Made by a program: the position numbers and the translations under genes. Under the pieces are notes generated by a model. That model ran no database searches, was not told the DNA's origin, and saw nothing but the letters and a program-made list of their open reading frames with translations. From Bugula neritina (Eukaryota > Animalia > Bryozoa), in contig OZ037769.1 of assembly GCA_964035545.1 (NCBI GenBank), positions 8,413,929-8,477,928 on the forward strand: a stretch of DNA of 64,000 nucleotides, in the 5' to 3' direction. Shown here one piece after another: positions 61,451 to 64,000 of this stretch. Each line of letters starts with the position of its first letter. The first letter of the stretch is position 1.

Positions 61451-63526
61451 ACACCCAGTATGGGTAGAGACTCTGAGCCTCGGATGCGGAGTATCCCAGA
61501 CAGTTCAAGACGACTCCAGGAACGACGACCCCTCAGACCGGCCCGGTCACCTGGCTAACAGTCACCCAGTGTCTTCAGGTTGTGTTGGCCCAAGTAGGCA
61601 TTGATACCCCGCAACCGGACCACTGGACAGCCAGAACAAAGAGGAGACCGGCCAGCCCACCCATAGCTGCCCCGTCATCAGCAGAATAGGGCGCCCATTG
61701 CCAAGCGAGCGTCTTAAAATGAGAGATCCAGGCCTTGTCTCGCATCCTTGACTGGTGTACAGAGGAGATAGAAAGCATTATGTTCTCCAATATACTTTTT
61801 TAATTTTTTCAAAAGCCAATTCATGTTTAAGTTTTTGCTTGTTGAAAAACATAGTCCCCCTTCCACATTCCTTCTAATTTATATGCTCCTGACTTGTATT
61901 GTATCTCAATATACTGTAGTTGAGAGCTCGTTAGTCTCTGTTCACTAATTTTGCTTATAATTTACAAGTGCCAGTGCTGCTGGCTCAAAACCTATATGTC
62001 AGCTACAACCCAATCTTGAATTCCTAGGTTGGTTGACCTAAATAAAACAATTATATAATCATGATTTCATGTTTTAGGAATTTACTCTATTCCAACCTGC
62101 TGCCGAGCTAGTTCTATTCTCTTATCATAATTTTTGTTGTAATTACAGAATTGGTGTGATGGATTTCTTTGGCAACCACCCAAGTTATAAAATGCAGTAA
62201 TGGTACCTATAATATTATATTATTATCATTATGATATATTATATAGTATTATGTGTTTTTTATTATATTGCATAATATATATTTTTTATTGTTGTTGTGC
62301 AAGCATGTGCAATTAACCTAGTTTTCAAAATGTACTTCTAAATTATTAGAAGGTTAGTTTAGATATTTCCGTGGTTTGTTAGGTGAACCTAAAAAAAGAG
62401 GCTGTATTCCGAAAGGAAAGGATTTTGAACCATAATAAACTATACTAGATTACTTGATCAGCCACTCTGCTACCAATTGCATCAGTATATTATATGAATA
62501 GCTGTGATGCTTTGTCTCTGGTGGCTGGCTGCGATATGAAAACTTGGCAAACTTCCAATAGTGCAAAATTGGCAAAACTATTCAAGAGGTTACATACTGC
62601 ATAAAGCTAGCCATGATAGTAGCCTTGCTATTATCAGTACTTATTACAACTGCCAGCATATAATAAGCTACATTGTAGAATGCTGTTGGGGTAATTGCTA
62701 CCAAACCCAAATTTTTCTCCATAATATACCTTAAACACAATGCAGCAACGTAATTTTTAGTTTCAAATTACATTGCCACCCTTACATTAGCTGTGGGCTT
62801 CATAAATATTCATATGATTAGAGAGTTATGCTATAGGCCCTACGTGTGCTAGTGTATGAAGAAAATAACACATCATTGTCAAAGTTTACTTCAAGTATGT
62901 TGTTTTCCAAAAACTCAGTATTGTACATCACTCTTTTGCATACAAATACTTATGTAATAGCATACAGTTTAAGTTTTATTTTAGAGCACATCTGCAAACT
63001 CTACAATAATAGGCAAGAGCATGCTTTACCAGTCTATTTCAGACCTGTTTTTGTACCTACATGTAGTAATATGCAAGCTATTTATTTTTCAACATTTGGG
63101 TTATTTGTTCAAAACCATTAGCTCTGCTAGTAACCTGAGGCTATTGCAACAGTTTATGAAAATAGCTGCTAGTCAACATGAATTGACAGCCTAAAAATCC
63201 CATTTGCGCCTCAAAATATCTATGATAGTTACTTATATAATTTGTCTTGTCAGTTACGATGACTATGTGTTTCAGAGGTTAAGGGCGCCAGCTAGAAGTT
63301 TGTAGGTCATGTTTCAAGCCTTTGCTTTAGCAAATTTTTTTGTCAACTTATGCAAATCCTACACATTTCTATGTGTAATAAATATGGCTATAGCTGTAGA
63401 ATTTCTTCAACTTTTAAATTATTATTCAACAGTAGTACATCATTCATGCATACTAATTAGATACTGAACACTGGGCTAAACCTTAAATTGATCTTATGGA
63501 AAATAAAGTACTTAAAATAATCATGT

Positions 63527-64000
63527 TGTAGTAGTTTGTGGATTATAGAATGAAATCAGGCAGAGAACATAATTCCTTGTTATAGAAGAGACAAGAGAGA
63601 GAGAGAGTAGAACCCGTGTGTTTGCAGTAATTTATTGTAGCATAGATGCATCCAGTGTGAGCTCCAGTCCTGAAGTGACTGAAGCTTTAAAATGCATGTC
63701 CTTTTATACTAGTAGAACAAAGGACTTCTAGAACCTTCCACTGACAGCAGGCCGACATTTGGCGACACTGACTATGTCGGTAACCGACAGACCCAATGTC
63801 GGCATCCACCTGCCAAACTCGGTCCAACTGTCGGGTTACATGAATCAACAAAAATGAACCCAACCAAGTGTATGCTTATTGTAACTTGTAATTGGGGGAA
63901 AAGGGATTAACTATTTACTATGCTAAAAGCTTAACAGTAGCCATAGTATTTAAGGTATTAGAAAGTTACGCCACAGACTTAGCTATAACTACAGTATTTA
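63527..64000 (-). mobile_element. LTR related to the Gypsy B LTR, inverted, running off the window
   Basis: 63830-64000 is the reverse complement of about 57039-57208, and 63527-63750 of about 57585-57797. Confidence 0.8.

Larger units (their letters stand above)
56986..62170 (+). mobile_element. Gypsy LTR retrotransposon B, degenerate: 5' LTR, PBS, gag, protease, RT deleted, RNase H, integrase
   Basis: Gag knuckle CWGCGALNHTQRQC near 58122; protease LLDTGCTTN; RNase H and integrase homologous to Gypsy A; many stops and frameshifts. 3' boundary approximate. Confidence 0.88.

Noticed and set aside
56982-63527. ACAT flanking both LTRs as the TSD of one rearranged element, or the inverted repeats as DNA-transposon TIRs
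   Set aside because: The LTR middles differ, suggesting separate subfamilies; a 4-bp match is weak and the 5' LTR start is tentative. The inverted repeats are explained as LTR homology.

Overview
AT-rich, repeat-dense animal (invertebrate-like) genomic DNA with spliceosomal introns. The only host genes are three paralogues of one multi-exon family. Copy 1 is on + (158-8370, 5' part outside the window), copy 2 is on - (38950-28592, complete, 14 exons, 629 aa) and copy 3 is on - (56362-50932, 5' exons not seen). The complete copy reads signal peptide, PAN/apple-like domain, short Cys-rich module, then three tandem CTHRC1 C-terminal-like domains, with no collagen helix. The rest is nested mobile DNA: two Gypsy LTR retrotransposons plus fragments, a Penelope-like element, CR1/L2-type and RTE LINE fragments, Tc1, hAT, Kolobok-like and probable Academ-like DNA transposons, and long microsatellites. 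Highlights: (1) the younger Gypsy carries, in the env position, an intact sense-strand gene with a predicted intron, encoding a double zinc-finger/coiled-coil protein that is not Env; (2) seven type I hammerhead ribozyme motifs in two families, all beside (AT)n tracts; (3) a stop-loss giving copy 1 a hydrophobic tail; (4) a 512-bp spacerless palindrome just 3' of copy 2. All calls were made by eye; no searches were run.
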